Counted from the stretch's first letter, positions 46,770 to 59,037 are shown. The stretch: 64,000 nucleotides of DNA from Erysipelotrichaceae bacterium (GCA_021770925.1 JAETPY010000002.1:2369-66368), one strand, 5' to 3'. Made by a program: numbers and translations. The notes: generated by a model from the letters alone, not told the origin.

Positions 46770-47407
46770 TTAGGCACCTCCCCTTCAATAATTTCAATTA
46801 CTAACGGATAATCATAAGCTTTATTAAATTCCTCATTATAAAATGGCAACAATACCATCATTTTAATTCTAATTGTTAAGGATAATGAAACCATTACATG
46901 ATTGACTCCATAACTCTTTATTTCCTTATTTACGGTACAAGTAATTGCAGATATAGTTTTATACCTAATTTTTATTTTAGGCCCCATTTCTGCTAAAAAA
47001 GGATTATCTGTCAACATTCCTAAAGGCACACTAGCAATAACACCCCCGTCATTACTAATTTTTTCTAATTTACGCTGATAAAATGTATCATCAGTTTTTT
47101 TATATATCCCCTCTTCTAATGAAACAAATAATTCATCTAAATTATTTACTATTTTGGCCCCGATACTCGATGCATAATTAGTATCGAAATTAATTGTCGA
47201 AATCTCATTGCCACTACGATTGACATTTATTAATTCCTGATGATCTAATTCAACTGGAAATGGTGTATTATTAATTACCATCTGGCAAAAACGATCTATT
47301 TCTTTATCGGCTGTCTTTTTTAATATTGGTGTTATATTTGCAGTTAAAAAATGTAGTATAACTCCAAAAATTACAATAACAATAATAAACAAATATCGTT
47401 TTTTCAT
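46754..47407 (-). CDS. yunB: Sporulation protein YunB
   Basis: VPLGMLTDNPFLAEMGPKI, YGVNH, IEGEVPNWY. Confidence 0.85.
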   Translation of the reverse strand: MKKRYLFIIVIVIFGVILHFLTANITPILKKTADKEIDRFCQMVINNTPFPVELDHQELINVNRSGNEISTINFDTNYASSIGAKIVNNLDELFVSLEEGIYKKTDDTFYQRKLEKISNDGGVIASVPLGMLTDNPFLAEMGPKIKIRYKTISAITCTVNKEIKSYGVNHVMVSLSLTIRIKMMVLLPFYNEEFNKAYDYPLVIEIIEGEVPNWYQN

Positions 47408-47440
47408 TAAATCACCAATATAGTATATTAATTAAATCCA

Positions 47441-50017
47441 TTAAATATGCTTTACTGCAATCATCTTGTATATCTGAATAATAATGCTTGGTATTGTTGC
47501 AAAAACAAAAATCATTGCTAAATGACGCAAATTAAGTTCACTGATTGAAAATATGGTATGAAAATTTGGAGAAATCAAAATCCAGCTTAATAAAATCGCG
47601 CCTATAATAAAAGCTCCTATACTATAATAATTCAATGGTATTTTATACAATGGCAAGCTGCTGCGGCAATTAAAACCATGTAATAATCGTGCTAAACATA
47701 AAGTTCCAAAAGCCAATGATGACGCTAATAATTCGTCAGTTTTTAATCCAACAAAATATGATAACATTGTAAAAATACAAATGATCATGCCTTCAAAACT
47801 AATTTGTAATAATGTTTCCTTATTTAACAAAGAATCGTTCATTCCCCGCGGTTTTTGTTTTAAAATCTCATTACTTCCCTGTTCCATACCAATTGCAATA
47901 GCTGGAAGTGAATCTGTAATTAAATTAATAAATAAAAGATGTACAGGTAAAAAAGGAGTTGGTAAAATCATAAACGAAGTAATTAATACACAGATTATTG
48001 CAGCTAAATTTCCTGATAATAAATAAATAATTGCATTTTTTATATTTGTATAAACATTACGTCCTGTAATTATTGCCTGTACAATTGTTGCAAAATTATC
48101 GTCAGTTAAAATCATACTAGAAGCATCCTTAGAAACTTCACTACCAGCAATTCCCATTGCAACACCTATATCGCTTTGTTTTAAAGCTGGAGCATCATTA
48201 ACTCCATCACCTGTCATAGCAACGATTTGTCCCTGGTTTTGCCAGGCTTTTACTATTCTTATTTTATGTTCTGGAGCTACTCTAGCATAAACACTTACTC
48301 TTGACAAAACATTCGCTAGTTCTTGATCAGTCATCCTTTCTAGCTCCACCCCTTCAAGACATAGATCACCATTTTGATAAATACCAATATTTTTAGCAAT
48401 ACTGCAGGCAGTAACAACATGATCACCCGTTATCATAATTGGTTTAATTCCGGCAATAAGACAGTTTTTTACAGCTTCTTTACTTTCTTTGCGTGGTGGA
48501 TCAATCAAAGAAACTAATCCTACAAATATCAAATTATTTTCATCTCTAATGTCTAAAGTATTTTTGTAAAATTCTTTATATGCTATAGCTATTACTCGCA
48601 ATCCATTTTTAGCAAATTCTTCATTTTGTTTTAAAATTCTCTTTCGCTCAATTTCAGATAAAATTTCTTTATATCCATCAATTAAAATTCTATTACAGCG
48701 CTGCAACAAAACATCTGGGGCGCCTTTAGTATATAAGTGATTTTTAGAACTGACACTCATTAACTTACGTGTTGAATCAAATGGTAATTCTAATTGTCTA
48801 GAGGCAATCAGCTTAAAAGGATGTTTAATTATATAATCATGATAAAGATTTAATAATGCTAATTCTGTAGGATCTCCTACTTGCTGATCACTATTAATTG
48901 AAGCATTATTACATAAAGCAAATGTTTTTAACATAAGATTATGACTATATTGATGATAATCTAGATCTTTTACTGAAATTACTTTTTTATTTGTATATAC
49001 ATCTATAGCAGCCATTTTATTTTGTGTTAAAGTTCCTGTTTTATCTGAACAGATAACCGAAACACAGCCCAAGCTTTCAACTGCATTTAAATTTTTAATA
49101 ATAGCATTCTCTTTTGCCATTTTTTGTGTTGAAATTGATAAAACAATCGTTACTATTGATCCTAATGCCTCTGGAATTGCTGCAACTGCTAAAGCTACAG
49201 CAATCATCAGCGAATCTAAAATATTTTCTTTAGCGATAAACACATTCATTATTAATACAATAATACAAATAAAAATAATTCCGATTGACAATTTAACTGA
49301 AAACTCATCTAATGTTCTTTGCAAAGGTGTTTTTCTTTGTTTAGTTTCATTAAGCATTCCTGCTATTTTTCCCAATTCGCTTTTCATTCCTACAGCAGTA
49401 ACAATATACTGTCCTGTTCCATTTGTCACTAAACTGCCTGAAAAAACCATATTATTCATATCACCAATAGTACATTTCTTATCAATTGGTAACAACTGCT
49501 TTTCTACACTGTTTGACTCCCCTGTTAATGCACTTTCGTTAATTTGGAGATTTGCAGCTTCTTTTAACCTTCCATCACCTGCAATAACGTCCCCAGCTTC
49601 AATATTTACAGTATCCCCAACTACTAATTCATTTGAGTTAATTTCCTGAACTTTACCTTCACGAACAACTTTAACTTTAGGTATGGAAAGCTTCTTCAAA
49701 CTATCAATAGATTTTTGTGCTCTAACAGTTTGAAAAGTCCCCAGTATTGCATTCAGGGTAATCACTACCAAGATTACTAAGGTACTTTCAAACTCGCCAC
49801 TAACTGCTGAAATAATTCCAGCCACAATTAAAATAATAACTAATAAATCTTTAAATTGATCAATAAAGATAGAAATTGCACTTTCCTGCTTTTCACTGAT
49901 TATTTCATTTTTACCAAATAGCTGTTTATATTTATTAATTTGATTTTTATTTAAACCCTGATTAAATACCCCTAATTCATTTTGAATCTCTTTAAATGAT
50001 TTTTGATAAGCCTCCAT
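47441..50017 (-). CDS. Cation (Ca2+-type) P-type ATPase
   Basis: TGES, PEAL, CSDKTGTLT, GDPTE, KGAPD, TGDGVNDAP. Confidence 0.95.
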   Translation of the reverse strand: MEAYQKSFKEIQNELGVFNQGLNKNQINKYKQLFGKNEIISEKQESAISIFIDQFKDLLVIILIVAGIISAVSGEFESTLVILVVITLNAILGTFQTVRAQKSIDSLKKLSIPKVKVVREGKVQEINSNELVVGDTVNIEAGDVIAGDGRLKEAANLQINESALTGESNSVEKQLLPIDKKCTIGDMNNMVFSGSLVTNGTGQYIVTAVGMKSELGKIAGMLNETKQRKTPLQRTLDEFSVKLSIGIIFICIIVLIMNVFIAKENILDSLMIAVALAVAAIPEALGSIVTIVLSISTQKMAKENAIIKNLNAVESLGCVSVICSDKTGTLTQNKMAAIDVYTNKKVISVKDLDYHQYSHNLMLKTFALCNNASINSDQQVGDPTELALLNLYHDYIIKHPFKLIASRQLELPFDSTRKLMSVSSKNHLYTKGAPDVLLQRCNRILIDGYKEILSEIERKRILKQNEEFAKNGLRVIAIAYKEFYKNTLDIRDENNLIFVGLVSLIDPPRKESKEAVKNCLIAGIKPIMITGDHVVTACSIAKNIGIYQNGDLCLEGVELERMTDQELANVLSRVSVYARVAPEHKIRIVKAWQNQGQIVAMTGDGVNDAPALKQSDIGVAMGIAGSEVSKDASSMILTDDNFATIVQAIITGRNVYTNIKNAIIYLLSGNLAAIICVLITSFMILPTPFLPVHLLFINLITDSLPAIAIGMEQGSNEILKQKPRGMNDSLLNKETLLQISFEGMIICIFTMLSYFVGLKTDELLASSLAFGTLCLARLLHGFNCRSSLPLYKIPLNYYSIGAFIIGAILLSWILISPNFHTIFSISELNLRHLAMIFVFATIPSIIIQIYKMIAVKHI

Positions 50018-50100
50018 ATTATCCTCCTATCTATACTCTTGAATAAACTATACAAAAATATGAATAAAAAAAATGTTAAAATATAATATGTAAACTAAAA

Positions 50101-50125
50101 AACCAAGTCCCTGTTAGACTTGGTT
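50101..50125 (-). terminator. Terminator after the mgl operon
   Basis: aaccaagtc/gacttggtt stem with an A tract on its left. Confidence 0.6.
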
Positions 50126-50143
50126 AAAAGTGATTAATGAAAA

Positions 50144-50725
50144 TTATTGAGATTGCCACAAAGCTTTTAAAACATGTTCTCCATTTACTGTTACAATTGT
50201 GTCATTAGTAATGAATTTATTACTGTATATCCATCCTAAAAAATAATAACCATCTTTAGTTGGCTGTGGTAATTCACCATAAGAATCATTATAAGTAACT
50301 TCTTTATGTTCTAAAAGTGCTTTACCTCCATCATAATCAAAAATAACATTTATTTTATTCGGTTTCCATGAAGCATATAAAGTCATACTTTGTTCAACTT
50401 TTTGTTCATAAGGATCCCACTCATGCTTTAATTCCTGATCAAGATACCAGCCTGCAAAAGTATACCCAGCTCTTTGTGGTTTAGCGATTTCAATTGATTC
50501 ACCATGTTTGCATTCAATCGGCTTTATACTTTCACCACCATTAGTTTCCAATGTAACTGTAAAATGACCATTAATTCCTAAAAAAATAACAACACCAATT
50601 AAAATAACCATCAAAGTAACAATTATATAATTTAATATTTTAACAGGAACATTAACTCCACGGTACATACCACCACCAGAGCCCCAGGTCTTTTGTTTTT
50701 TTTCAATCTCTTGTTTTTCGTCCAT
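50144..50725 (-). CDS. Membrane protein with InlB B-repeats
   Basis: GYTFAGWY...MTLYASW and GYYFLGW...LKALW repeats. Confidence 0.8.
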   Translation of the reverse strand: MDEKQEIEKKQKTWGSGGGMYRGVNVPVKILNYIIVTLMVILIGVVIFLGINGHFTVTLETNGGESIKPIECKHGESIEIAKPQRAGYTFAGWYLDQELKHEWDPYEQKVEQSMTLYASWKPNKINVIFDYDGGKALLEHKEVTYNDSYGELPQPTKDGYYFLGWIYSNKFITNDTIVTVNGEHVLKALWQSQ

Positions 50726-50738
50726 ACTATCACCAATT

Positions 50739-51812
50739 TTATTTTCTTACTAAATATTTACGCATATCAACTGCACAGGCCACTAAAATAATTAGCCCTT
50801 TGATAATATACTGCATATTAGCATCAATACTTAAAAATGTCAATCCTACAAAGATAATACGCAATAAAACAACTCCTATAATTACTCCTCGGATCTTACC
50901 AATACCACCAACAAATGATACCCCACCAATAACACAGGCAGCGATTGCGTCTAATTCATAGTTTAATCCTGTTGCAGCACTATTTGAACCAATTCTTGCT
51001 GACTCAACAAATCCAGTTAAACCATACATGATACCTGCTAATACAAATACCATAATAATTGTTTTTGAAACATTTACCCCAGACACATTAGCTGCATCAG
51101 GATTAGATCCAACTGCAAACATATTTTTACCAAATTTTGTTTTATTCCAAATAAACCACATGATTATTGTAATTACAATTGAATACCAGACAAAGTTTGG
51201 GATTCCTTTATTACCAATACTAATTGCTGCTCCTGCAATAAACCCTGTATAGCTAGCATCCAATCCTGAAATAGACTGCCCATTATTAGTACCGATCATT
51301 AAATACATCAGCAATATACCATACACAATTAATTGTGTAGCTAAAGTAACAATAAATGGATGCAAACTAAACTTAGAGACACAAAATCCATTAACAAATC
51401 CTACAATCGCACCAATTCCAATTGCAAGTAATAAAACCACAAAAATAGGCATGGTTGCAAGATCAGGAAACATTTTATTTGCATACCCTGACGCTTGTAA
51501 AAGTGAAGCCGAAACACAGGCTACTAAACCTACAATACGTCCAGCAGATAAATCAGTCCCAGTTAAGATAATACATCCAGCTATTCCTAAAGCAATTGGT
51601 AAGTTTGCTGCTGAAAGTGAAATAATATTGATAATTGATGAACTAGATAAAAATTTAGGACTAATGATTTGAATTGCAATAATTGCAATAACCATAAAGA
51701 TATATAAAGAATTATTGATTAATAGTTCTTTTAAGTATGTCTTTTTATCTTGGCTATTTAATTGTTTAAAATCATTATATTGTCTAGTTATACCACTAAA
51801 TATTTTTGCCAT
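50739..51812 (-). CDS. mglC: Galactose/methyl-galactoside ABC permease
   Basis: GTDLSAGR, FGKNMFAVG, YELDAIAACVIGGVSF. Confidence 0.88.
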   Translation of the reverse strand: MAKIFSGITRQYNDFKQLNSQDKKTYLKELLINNSLYIFMVIAIIAIQIISPKFLSSSSIINIISLSAANLPIALGIAGCIILTGTDLSAGRIVGLVACVSASLLQASGYANKMFPDLATMPIFVVLLLAIGIGAIVGFVNGFCVSKFSLHPFIVTLATQLIVYGILLMYLMIGTNNGQSISGLDASYTGFIAGAAISIGNKGIPNFVWYSIVITIIMWFIWNKTKFGKNMFAVGSNPDAANVSGVNVSKTIIMVFVLAGIMYGLTGFVESARIGSNSAATGLNYELDAIAACVIGGVSFVGGIGKIRGVIIGVVLLRIIFVGLTFLSIDANMQYIIKGLIILVACAVDMRKYLVRK

Positions 51813-51826
51813 ATAATAATTCTCCT

Positions 51827-53323
51827 TTATACATATTTTGTTGCAAGTGTCATAATTTCTTCTTGGGTTGCTGTTTTAGCATCTACTTCACCTGCAAGTC
51901 TTCCCCCAGACATTACTAAAATTCGATCACAAACTCCTAGCAATTCCGGCATTTCTGAAGATACCATAATTACTGATTTCCCTTTACTTGCTAAATCAAT
52001 AATTAACTGATAAATCTCATATTTAGCTCCAACGTCAATCCCACGTGTAGGCTCATCTAATAATAATACTTCAGGATTTGTAAGTAACCAGCGTCCTAAT
52101 ATTACCTTTTGCTGATTTCCTCCTGATAAAGATCTTATTTGTGTACTTTGAGAAGGAGTTTTAATTCGCATAGCCCCAATTGACCACTGTGTATCAAGCT
52201 TCATTTGTTTATCACTTAAATACAAATGATTCTTTACATAGTTATCTAAATTAGAAATAGTTGTATTTTCTTTAATATCTAAAATACCAAAAATACCTGT
52301 CGCTCTTCTTTCTTCAGTTAACAAGGCAAAACCATTTTTTATTGATTCACGAGCTGATTTATTTTTGATTACTTTACCATCGATTTTAATTGTTCCACTT
52401 TTTCTAGTCGCTACCCCAAAAAGTGTCTCTACAACTTCAGTACGCCCTGCACCATCTAATCCTGCAATACCAACAATTTCACCACGTTTTACATCAAACG
52501 TAATATCTTTAATATGATTATACATACCAGTCAACTTATCAACCTCTAAAACAATTTCACCAATCTCATTTGTTTTAGGTGGAAAACGATTAGTTAACTC
52601 ACGTCCTACCATTAACTTAATGATTTTATCCATTGTTAACTCAGCAGCAGGTTTTGTTGCAATCCATTGTCCATCACGCATGATAGTAACTTCATCACTA
52701 ATTCTTAAAATTTCTTCCATTTTATGAGATATATATATAATTCCACAGCCACGATCACGTAACATATTAATAATTCTAAATAAATGTTCTACTTCTTGTT
52801 CATTTAACGATGAAGTAGGTTCATCTAAAACAATAATTTTAGAATTATATGATACTGCTTTTGCAATTTCTACCATTTGTCGATTAGAAACTGACATTGT
52901 ACTCATAATCCTTTTTGGATCAACATCAATATCCAAATCTTTAAATATCGCTTTGGTATCTTTATACATAATACTTTCAGAAGTCATAATTTTAAATTTA
53001 GTTGGATATCTTCCCAGCCAAATGTTATCCATTACATTTCTTTTCAAAGCTTGATTTAATTCTTGATGTACCATAGCAACACCATGTTCCAAAGCATCTT
53101 TAGAATTTTTAAAGTTAACTTCTTCACCTTCTAAGAAAATCTGTCCAGCATCTTTGACATACATCCCAAATAGACATTTCATCAAAGTAGATTTACCTGC
53201 ACCATTTTCACCCATCAATGCATGAACAGTCCCACGTTTTACGGTTAATGAAACATTATCTAATGCTTTTACGCCTGGGAATTCCTTACTAATGTTTTTC
53301 ATTTCCAACAAAACATCACTCAT
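51827..53323 (-). CDS. mglA: Galactose ABC ATP-binding protein
   Basis: [17 protein letters not shown], tandem ABC domains. Confidence 0.9.
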   Translation of the reverse strand: MSDVLLEMKNISKEFPGVKALDNVSLTVKRGTVHALMGENGAGKSTLMKCLFGMYVKDAGQIFLEGEEVNFKNSKDALEHGVAMVHQELNQALKRNVMDNIWLGRYPTKFKIMTSESIMYKDTKAIFKDLDIDVDPKRIMSTMSVSNRQMVEIAKAVSYNSKIIVLDEPTSSLNEQEVEHLFRIINMLRDRGCGIIYISHKMEEILRISDEVTIMRDGQWIATKPAAELTMDKIIKLMVGRELTNRFPPKTNEIGEIVLEVDKLTGMYNHIKDITFDVKRGEIVGIAGLDGAGRTEVVETLFGVATRKSGTIKIDGKVIKNKSARESIKNGFALLTEERRATGIFGILDIKENTTISNLDNYVKNHLYLSDKQMKLDTQWSIGAMRIKTPSQSTQIRSLSGGNQQKVILGRWLLTNPEVLLLDEPTRGIDVGAKYEIYQLIIDLASKGKSVIMVSSEMPELLGVCDRILVMSGGRLAGEVDAKTATQEEIMTLATKYV

Positions 53324-53395
53324 AATTTCCCTCCTTTATTTATTTATAAAATTAAAGAGGTGTTTGGATAACAAACCAAACACCCCACTTATTTT

Positions 53396-54487
53396 TTAAT
53401 CTCCTAAATATTTACCATAAGCGATACGAATCTTAGCAGCTTTTTTATCCACGTTGTAATCTTTTGTTCCATCCATTAATTCTTTATCATCTAAAGCATT
53501 TTGTGCTAATAATGCTATTGCTTCTGCCATACCGTCAGCATCTTGTTTAATAGTTCCAGCCATTTTTTGCTTTTTAATTAGATCTTTAGCAGCATCAGTA
53601 GCATCTACACCAAATACAGGAATTGTTTTACCAACTTTATCATCATCACCTACTCCATTGTTATAACCAACAGAATTTAAAGCTGTAACAGCTCCTTCAG
53701 CCATACCATCATTATTACAAATAACTAATTCAATCATATTATTATGAGTGTCACTATAAGCAGCTAAAGCTGTCGTCATGTACTCATTAGCAGCCTGTGC
53801 TGACCATTTACCTTGCTGGTCAACTAGGTATTTATCATTGTTTGAAGCATCATAGAAACTTAATTCTGGTTTACCAGCAGCAACTAATTTTGCATTTGCA
53901 TCTTCTACGGCGTATTGTGTACGATAAATAGCTTCGTTATTTCCTTCTTCTCCCTTAAACATTATATAAGAAATAACACCATCTTTATTTAGATCGTAAG
54001 CCTCATAATTAGCTAATAAATATTCACCAATCATTTCACCTTGTAAATGTCCAGCTTCAGCAGCATCAGTTCCAACAAATGCACATTTATCATAACCATT
54101 TACAATTTTGTCAGAAACTTCACGATTAAAGAAAATTAATGGAATATTTTCTTTTTTAGCCATGTCTACAATACCTTGAGCAGCATCATCAGAACCAGTA
54201 TTTACAATATTAACAACCAACACCTTAGCACCTTTAGTAATTGCTGTTTGAACCTGTTCTGTTTGAGTTGTCTGATTTCCATTAGCATCATAATCCTGAT
54301 AACTAACTCCTGCATCTTTCAATTGTTTTCCTAGCGCGGTTCTTACACTAGAGATATATGTGTCACTATAATTATAATAGAACACATGGACATCTCCATC
54401 TCCTCCTCCGCCACCACAGCCAGTTAGTACTGTTGCCATACATACCAATACAGCACATGATAATAAAAACGATAATACTTTTTTCAT
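53396..54487 (-). CDS. mglB: Galactose/glucose-binding lipoprotein
   Basis: Lipobox LTGC; DLNKDG Ca-binding loop; NNDGMA; GVDAT. Confidence 0.85.
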   Translation of the reverse strand: MKKVLSFLLSCAVLVCMATVLTGCGGGGGDGDVHVFYYNYSDTYISSVRTALGKQLKDAGVSYQDYDANGNQTTQTEQVQTAITKGAKVLVVNIVNTGSDDAAQGIVDMAKKENIPLIFFNREVSDKIVNGYDKCAFVGTDAAEAGHLQGEMIGEYLLANYEAYDLNKDGVISYIMFKGEEGNNEAIYRTQYAVEDANAKLVAAGKPELSFYDASNNDKYLVDQQGKWSAQAANEYMTTALAAYSDTHNNMIELVICNNDGMAEGAVTALNSVGYNNGVGDDDKVGKTIPVFGVDATDAAKDLIKKQKMAGTIKQDADGMAEAIALLAQNALDDKELMDGTKDYNVDKKAAKIRIAYGKYLGD

Positions 54488-54619
54488 TTTTAGTCCTCCT
54501 CATTAATTTCGTTTTCACCTATTTATATTTTATTTGCTAACTCGAAATATTGTAATATAATATTTTATCTTTTATGGGTAAAAAATTATTCCAATAAAAA
54601 ATCTTCCTGTTATGGAAGA

Positions 54620-55570
54620 TTAATCAAATGGAAAAACAATTTTTTGATTTCCCTCTTGGAACATATTATCTTTAGTAATTACTACTGTTTTAGTATATAT
54701 AGCCTCTTTACTATTCTGTCCTCTTGATAAACGATAAGCCTCTTCAACACCCAAATAACCAATTGCAAAAGGATTTTGTACAATTAAAGCATCTACAACT
54801 CCATTTTCCAGCATCTCGATAGAAATAGGATTATTATCAAACCCAATCATAGAAACCTTATCTTTATAACCCAATTGTTCAATTGCATAACCTACTCCTA
54901 AAGTTGTCCATTCATTAAACGTAACAATCACATTAATATCTGGATGTTGCAATAAAATATCTTTAGCAGCTTGAGTTGAAGAATCTATATCTGATTGAAC
55001 ATTTATAGCTTCTATAGATAAAACACGTTTTTCATTATTTAAAACTTCACGTAATCCGTGTTCTCTCTCCTGACCATTGGCTGTATTAACATCAAAATTT
55101 ACAATTCCAACATGAAGCTCATTTTCATTGAACGTTAACACTGCATCCCCTGTCATTTTGCCTGCTTCATAATTATTTGTACTTATGCGTGTATGAACTT
55201 TTTTTGAGTCAACATCACTATCAATAACGACAACCTGGATTCCTGCTTCGACTGCATCTTCGACACTCTTCACCAATTTACGATAATCAATAGCTGATAA
55301 AACAATAGCATCCACCTTATCTTTAATTGCCTCTTCCATCATCTTTATTTGCATTAAGTAGTCTTCTTCATTTTCAGGTCCATTAAAAGTAAGTTCTAGA
55401 TTATACTCTTTGCTGGCAGCATTGGCTCCAGAAAAAACCGACTTAAAAAACTGTGATGTTGTTGATTTAACAATGACAGCTACTTTTACTTTACGACTTA
55501 CTCCATTACAGCTAACTAACATAAGTGCCATTGTTATTACGATAATTATCTTTTTAATTTTATTATACAC
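54620..55570 (-). CDS. Sugar-binding lipoprotein (sensor-associated)
   Basis: Lipobox LVSC; periplasmic-binding-protein motifs IGFD and VQNPFAIGY. Confidence 0.8.
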   Translation of the reverse strand: MYNKIKKIIIVITMALMLVSCNGVSRKVKVAVIVKSTTSQFFKSVFSGANAASKEYNLELTFNGPENEEDYLMQIKMMEEAIKDKVDAIVLSAIDYRKLVKSVEDAVEAGIQVVVIDSDVDSKKVHTRISTNNYEAGKMTGDAVLTFNENELHVGIVNFDVNTANGQEREHGLREVLNNEKRVLSIEAINVQSDIDSSTQAAKDILLQHPDINVIVTFNEWTTLGVGYAIEQLGYKDKVSMIGFDNNPISIEMLENGVVDALIVQNPFAIGYLGVEEAYRLSRGQNSKEAIYTKTVVITKDNMFQEGNQKIVFPFD

Positions 55571-57281
55571 TGTATCTATCCTCCATTACTGCAGGAATTT
55601 TAATTGTGATCATTGTTCCAACATCTAATTCACTTTGAACTACAATTCCATAATCTTCGCCAAAATATATTTTTATCCGATCGTTAACATTTTTAACACC
55701 AATTCCTTTACTGTCTGTTCGTTCCTTTTTCAAAATATTTTCAACCTGTTCTTCACTCATACCTATCCCATTATCCTTAATCTTCATGATAATATCATCA
55801 CCAGTCTTACGTACAGTAATAGAGATTTCTCCTTCATCTACCATTCTTGATATTCCATGATATAAAGCATTTTCTATAATTGGTTGAATAGTTATTTTAT
55901 TACATAAATACGGTAAAACTTCCTCATCTATATCAAAATGGTAAGTAAACTGGTCTTTGTAACGATAGCTTTGTATAACCAGATAATTTTTAGCATGCTG
56001 AATTTCTTTTTCGATTGGAATTAGCTCATAACCTTTAGATATACTAATTCTAAATAATTGTGCTAATGCGCCCACCATTGTAATTGCATCCTCGGTTTTT
56101 TCTTCTTCACACATCCATTGGATAGAATCTAAAGTATTATATAAAAAATGTGGATTAATTTGGGCCTGCAAAGCCTTTAGCTCTGTTTTTCGCAATGCAA
56201 TTTCTTCATTTTTTACTTTTTCCATTAATTCTTGAATTTGAATAACCATATGTTCAAAAGAACTAGATAATTTATTAAACTCACTTGCACCTCTTACTGG
56301 ATTGTATTTAAAATCAACAGCATTTTTTTCAAATGTACTCATTGCATCAACAAGAGAACGTACTGGTTTAGTTAGTTTTTTAGATAAGACAAATAAAACA
56401 ATAATTGCAAAGACCATTACAATCAAAGCAATGACAATAATTAGTTCAATTGCCGTTGTTGCTTTATCGTCAACTAACTCATTAACATAACTAACACCAA
56501 CAACTCGCCAATCAAATTTAGAAACATCTTTAACAGTATAAATCACACCATTATTAATGGTATTTCCTTCACGATAATGAATCACTTCATTTATCTTTTC
56601 ATCTTTAATATCTAAATAAATAAGCTGTTGTAAAGGATGATAAACTAAATCATCATTTTTATTAACAATAAAACAATAACCATGCTCACCAATCCCAACA
56701 TCATCAATATAACGAGCCATTGAAACAAAACGAATATCCATCGCCACATATACAAGCTTATCGTAACTGCTTGACCACTGTTTTTGACATACTGTTACAA
56801 CCCAGGGATAATTTCCTTCAAAAAGATTTTGAACATGAGGTGATGTAATTACATAGTCACTATTACTGCTAAATAATGCTTTATCAAATGATAAGTTATG
56901 GCTTATATTTTTTTTTAAACTAGCATTACCCTGATAATCTAAAATATTACCTTCCATATCATAAATTATAATAGAAACAATATCTTCATTAATATTTACC
57001 ATGGTTTCCATATGTTCTTTAATGCCAGCAATGTCAGTAGATTCATTAATAATCTTAGTCATATTATTCATTTTATTTAAAGTATCATTAGAATAATTTT
57101 CAATCGTATTTAAAACTTGTGTTACAGATTGTTCTGAATTAGTCTGAGCTGTAGATAATAAACTATCTTTTAAAATCTGTCTAAATGAAATTGTTAAAAG
57201 AAATACAACAATTATAATAATACTTACAACAAACAATAATAAATAGATTGAGATTGAAAGATCTTTTCTTTTAGACTTCAT
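55563..57281 (-). CDS. YesM-like sensor histidine kinase
   Basis: LQAQINPHFLYNTL, QPIIENA, DNGIG, GIGVKNV; Cache and HAMP regions. Confidence 0.92.
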   Translation of the reverse strand: MKSKRKDLSISIYLLLFVVSIIIIVVFLLTISFRQILKDSLLSTAQTNSEQSVTQVLNTIENYSNDTLNKMNNMTKIINESTDIAGIKEHMETMVNINEDIVSIIIYDMEGNILDYQGNASLKKNISHNLSFDKALFSSNSDYVITSPHVQNLFEGNYPWVVTVCQKQWSSSYDKLVYVAMDIRFVSMARYIDDVGIGEHGYCFIVNKNDDLVYHPLQQLIYLDIKDEKINEVIHYREGNTINNGVIYTVKDVSKFDWRVVGVSYVNELVDDKATTAIELIIVIALIVMVFAIIVLFVLSKKLTKPVRSLVDAMSTFEKNAVDFKYNPVRGASEFNKLSSSFEHMVIQIQELMEKVKNEEIALRKTELKALQAQINPHFLYNTLDSIQWMCEEEKTEDAITMVGALAQLFRISISKGYELIPIEKEIQHAKNYLVIQSYRYKDQFTYHFDIDEEVLPYLCNKITIQPIIENALYHGISRMVDEGEISITVRKTGDDIIMKIKDNGIGMSEEQVENILKKERTDSKGIGVKNVNDRIKIYFGEDYGIVVQSELDVGTMITIKIPAVMEDRYSV

Positions 57282-58887
57282 TTTTTACCACCATATTTTG
57301 TTCTCTCATTTTGTTTGGAGATACCCCAAATTGTTTTTTAAAACAATAACTAAAATAATGTTGATCGCTATACCCGCATTTATAAGCAATCTCCAATACT
57401 TTTGCTGATGAATATAAAACTAGATCTTTAGCTACTTCCATTCTTTTATTGGTAAGCAAAGTGATAAAAGTATCACCCATATTCTTTTTTACTAATGAAC
57501 TTAAATAACTAATACTTACATGCAGTCTATCACTAACAATTCCTAAAGACAACTCTTCATTACTGTACTCTTTATCAATGATTTCCATCAATTCATCACA
57601 AATTACTTCACTATTCATTTTCTTCTGATTTTTTATTAGACCTTTTGATAGTAGACAAAACTCAATTAAATACATTCTTTTTTCATTAAAAGAGTATTTA
57701 TTAAATATTTTTGATAATTGGGAAGCCTTATTAAAAAATAAAGCTGAAGATTTATCATCACAAACAGAATAAACTAGAGCCCAAGTAGAAGAAATAATTC
57801 TAATCATCAATAAATCAATATCTGCACGAGTTGCTCCTTGATCAATAAACATAACAAAAATACTAGATATATAAAGCTCGATTTCACTATCACTTCCTGA
57901 TTTAATTAGTTTTTCTGTCTTACTTGCAATTTTATCCACATTTTCATAACAAATCATTGAGGTACGCTTTATATCACCAATAAAATTTATTCCCCGCTTT
58001 GATCCTTGACCATATTCAACTGCACTTATTGCCTCATTATATAATAGATTAGTTTTTAACAGCGTATCACTTACATTACTAAAGCCTACATAGCAGTCAG
58101 CACGTAAAATTCGTTCACTGCTTTGAACGATTTCATTAGCAATAATATTTATATACTTTTCAATTTCCCAAGCTTGTCCTGAAAGCAATGTAATAATCTT
58201 TTGCCCAGAATAAAAGGTTCCAAATCGTAAATACTTTTTTATGATTCCTTTTACCCCTGGTAAATGGTTTCGATTTGTAATGTTTTGACTATTTTTATCA
58301 AAATAGCGAATTACCATCATCATGTACTTAGTTTTTTCTTCTAGACTATTTCTAATCTTTAATTGAACAGCCTCTTGATTAAGATAATTTTCATATTCTT
58401 TTTGCTTATTATCAACAATAAAATCTGTATCAAAAATTAATGGCATCAATAATCTTTCTACAAAAAACTGCTGCTGATCGATTTCTATCGTAGCAGCAAA
58501 TGATTGATTAATTGCGTCCATCTTTTCTTTTATTTCAATTAATTCTTTAGTAAGCTCTTTTGATGAAATCGGCTTTAATAAATATTTTATTATATTATAC
58601 TGGATTGCCTGTTGTGCATAACTAAAATCATCGTAACCACTCAAAAAGGCAATTTGCATTGCTGGCCTAATCTCTCTTACTTTTCTAGCTAAATTAATTC
58701 CTGAAATAAATGGCATCTTTATATCCGTTAATAAAAGATCTGGCTCTAAACGTTCTACTAATTCTAAAGCCTCTACACCATTTTCAGCTTCTCCAATAAC
58801 CTCAAAGCCTATTTCCTGCCAATTAATTCTTTTAATCATCGCTTGGCGTAATGATATTTCATCATCAGCAATTACTACTGTATACAT
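57271..58887 (-). CDS. YesN-like response regulator (receiver + AraC)
   Basis: IADDE, LTDIKMP, C-terminal YFSYCFKKQFGVSP. Confidence 0.92.
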   Translation of the reverse strand: MYTVVIADDEISLRQAMIKRINWQEIGFEVIGEAENGVEALELVERLEPDLLLTDIKMPFISGINLARKVREIRPAMQIAFLSGYDDFSYAQQAIQYNIIKYLLKPISSKELTKELIEIKEKMDAINQSFAATIEIDQQQFFVERLLMPLIFDTDFIVDNKQKEYENYLNQEAVQLKIRNSLEEKTKYMMMVIRYFDKNSQNITNRNHLPGVKGIIKKYLRFGTFYSGQKIITLLSGQAWEIEKYINIIANEIVQSSERILRADCYVGFSNVSDTLLKTNLLYNEAISAVEYGQGSKRGINFIGDIKRTSMICYENVDKIASKTEKLIKSGSDSEIELYISSIFVMFIDQGATRADIDLLMIRIISSTWALVYSVCDDKSSALFFNKASQLSKIFNKYSFNEKRMYLIEFCLLSKGLIKNQKKMNSEVICDELMEIIDKEYSNEELSLGIVSDRLHVSISYLSSLVKKNMGDTFITLLTNKRMEVAKDLVLYSSAKVLEIAYKCGYSDQHYFSYCFKKQFGVSPNKMREQNMVVKNEV

Positions 58888-59037
58888 TATTATCCCTCTA
58901 CTTTCTTAAATATGGAACCCTTTACAAATTGTAGCATAATTTTTTTCTCTCAGGTAGAAATTTAGTAAATAAATTTAAATTTAACTAAAACATAACTAAA
59001 ATAACTGGAAACAATCTATGCTTCCAGTTATTAAAAA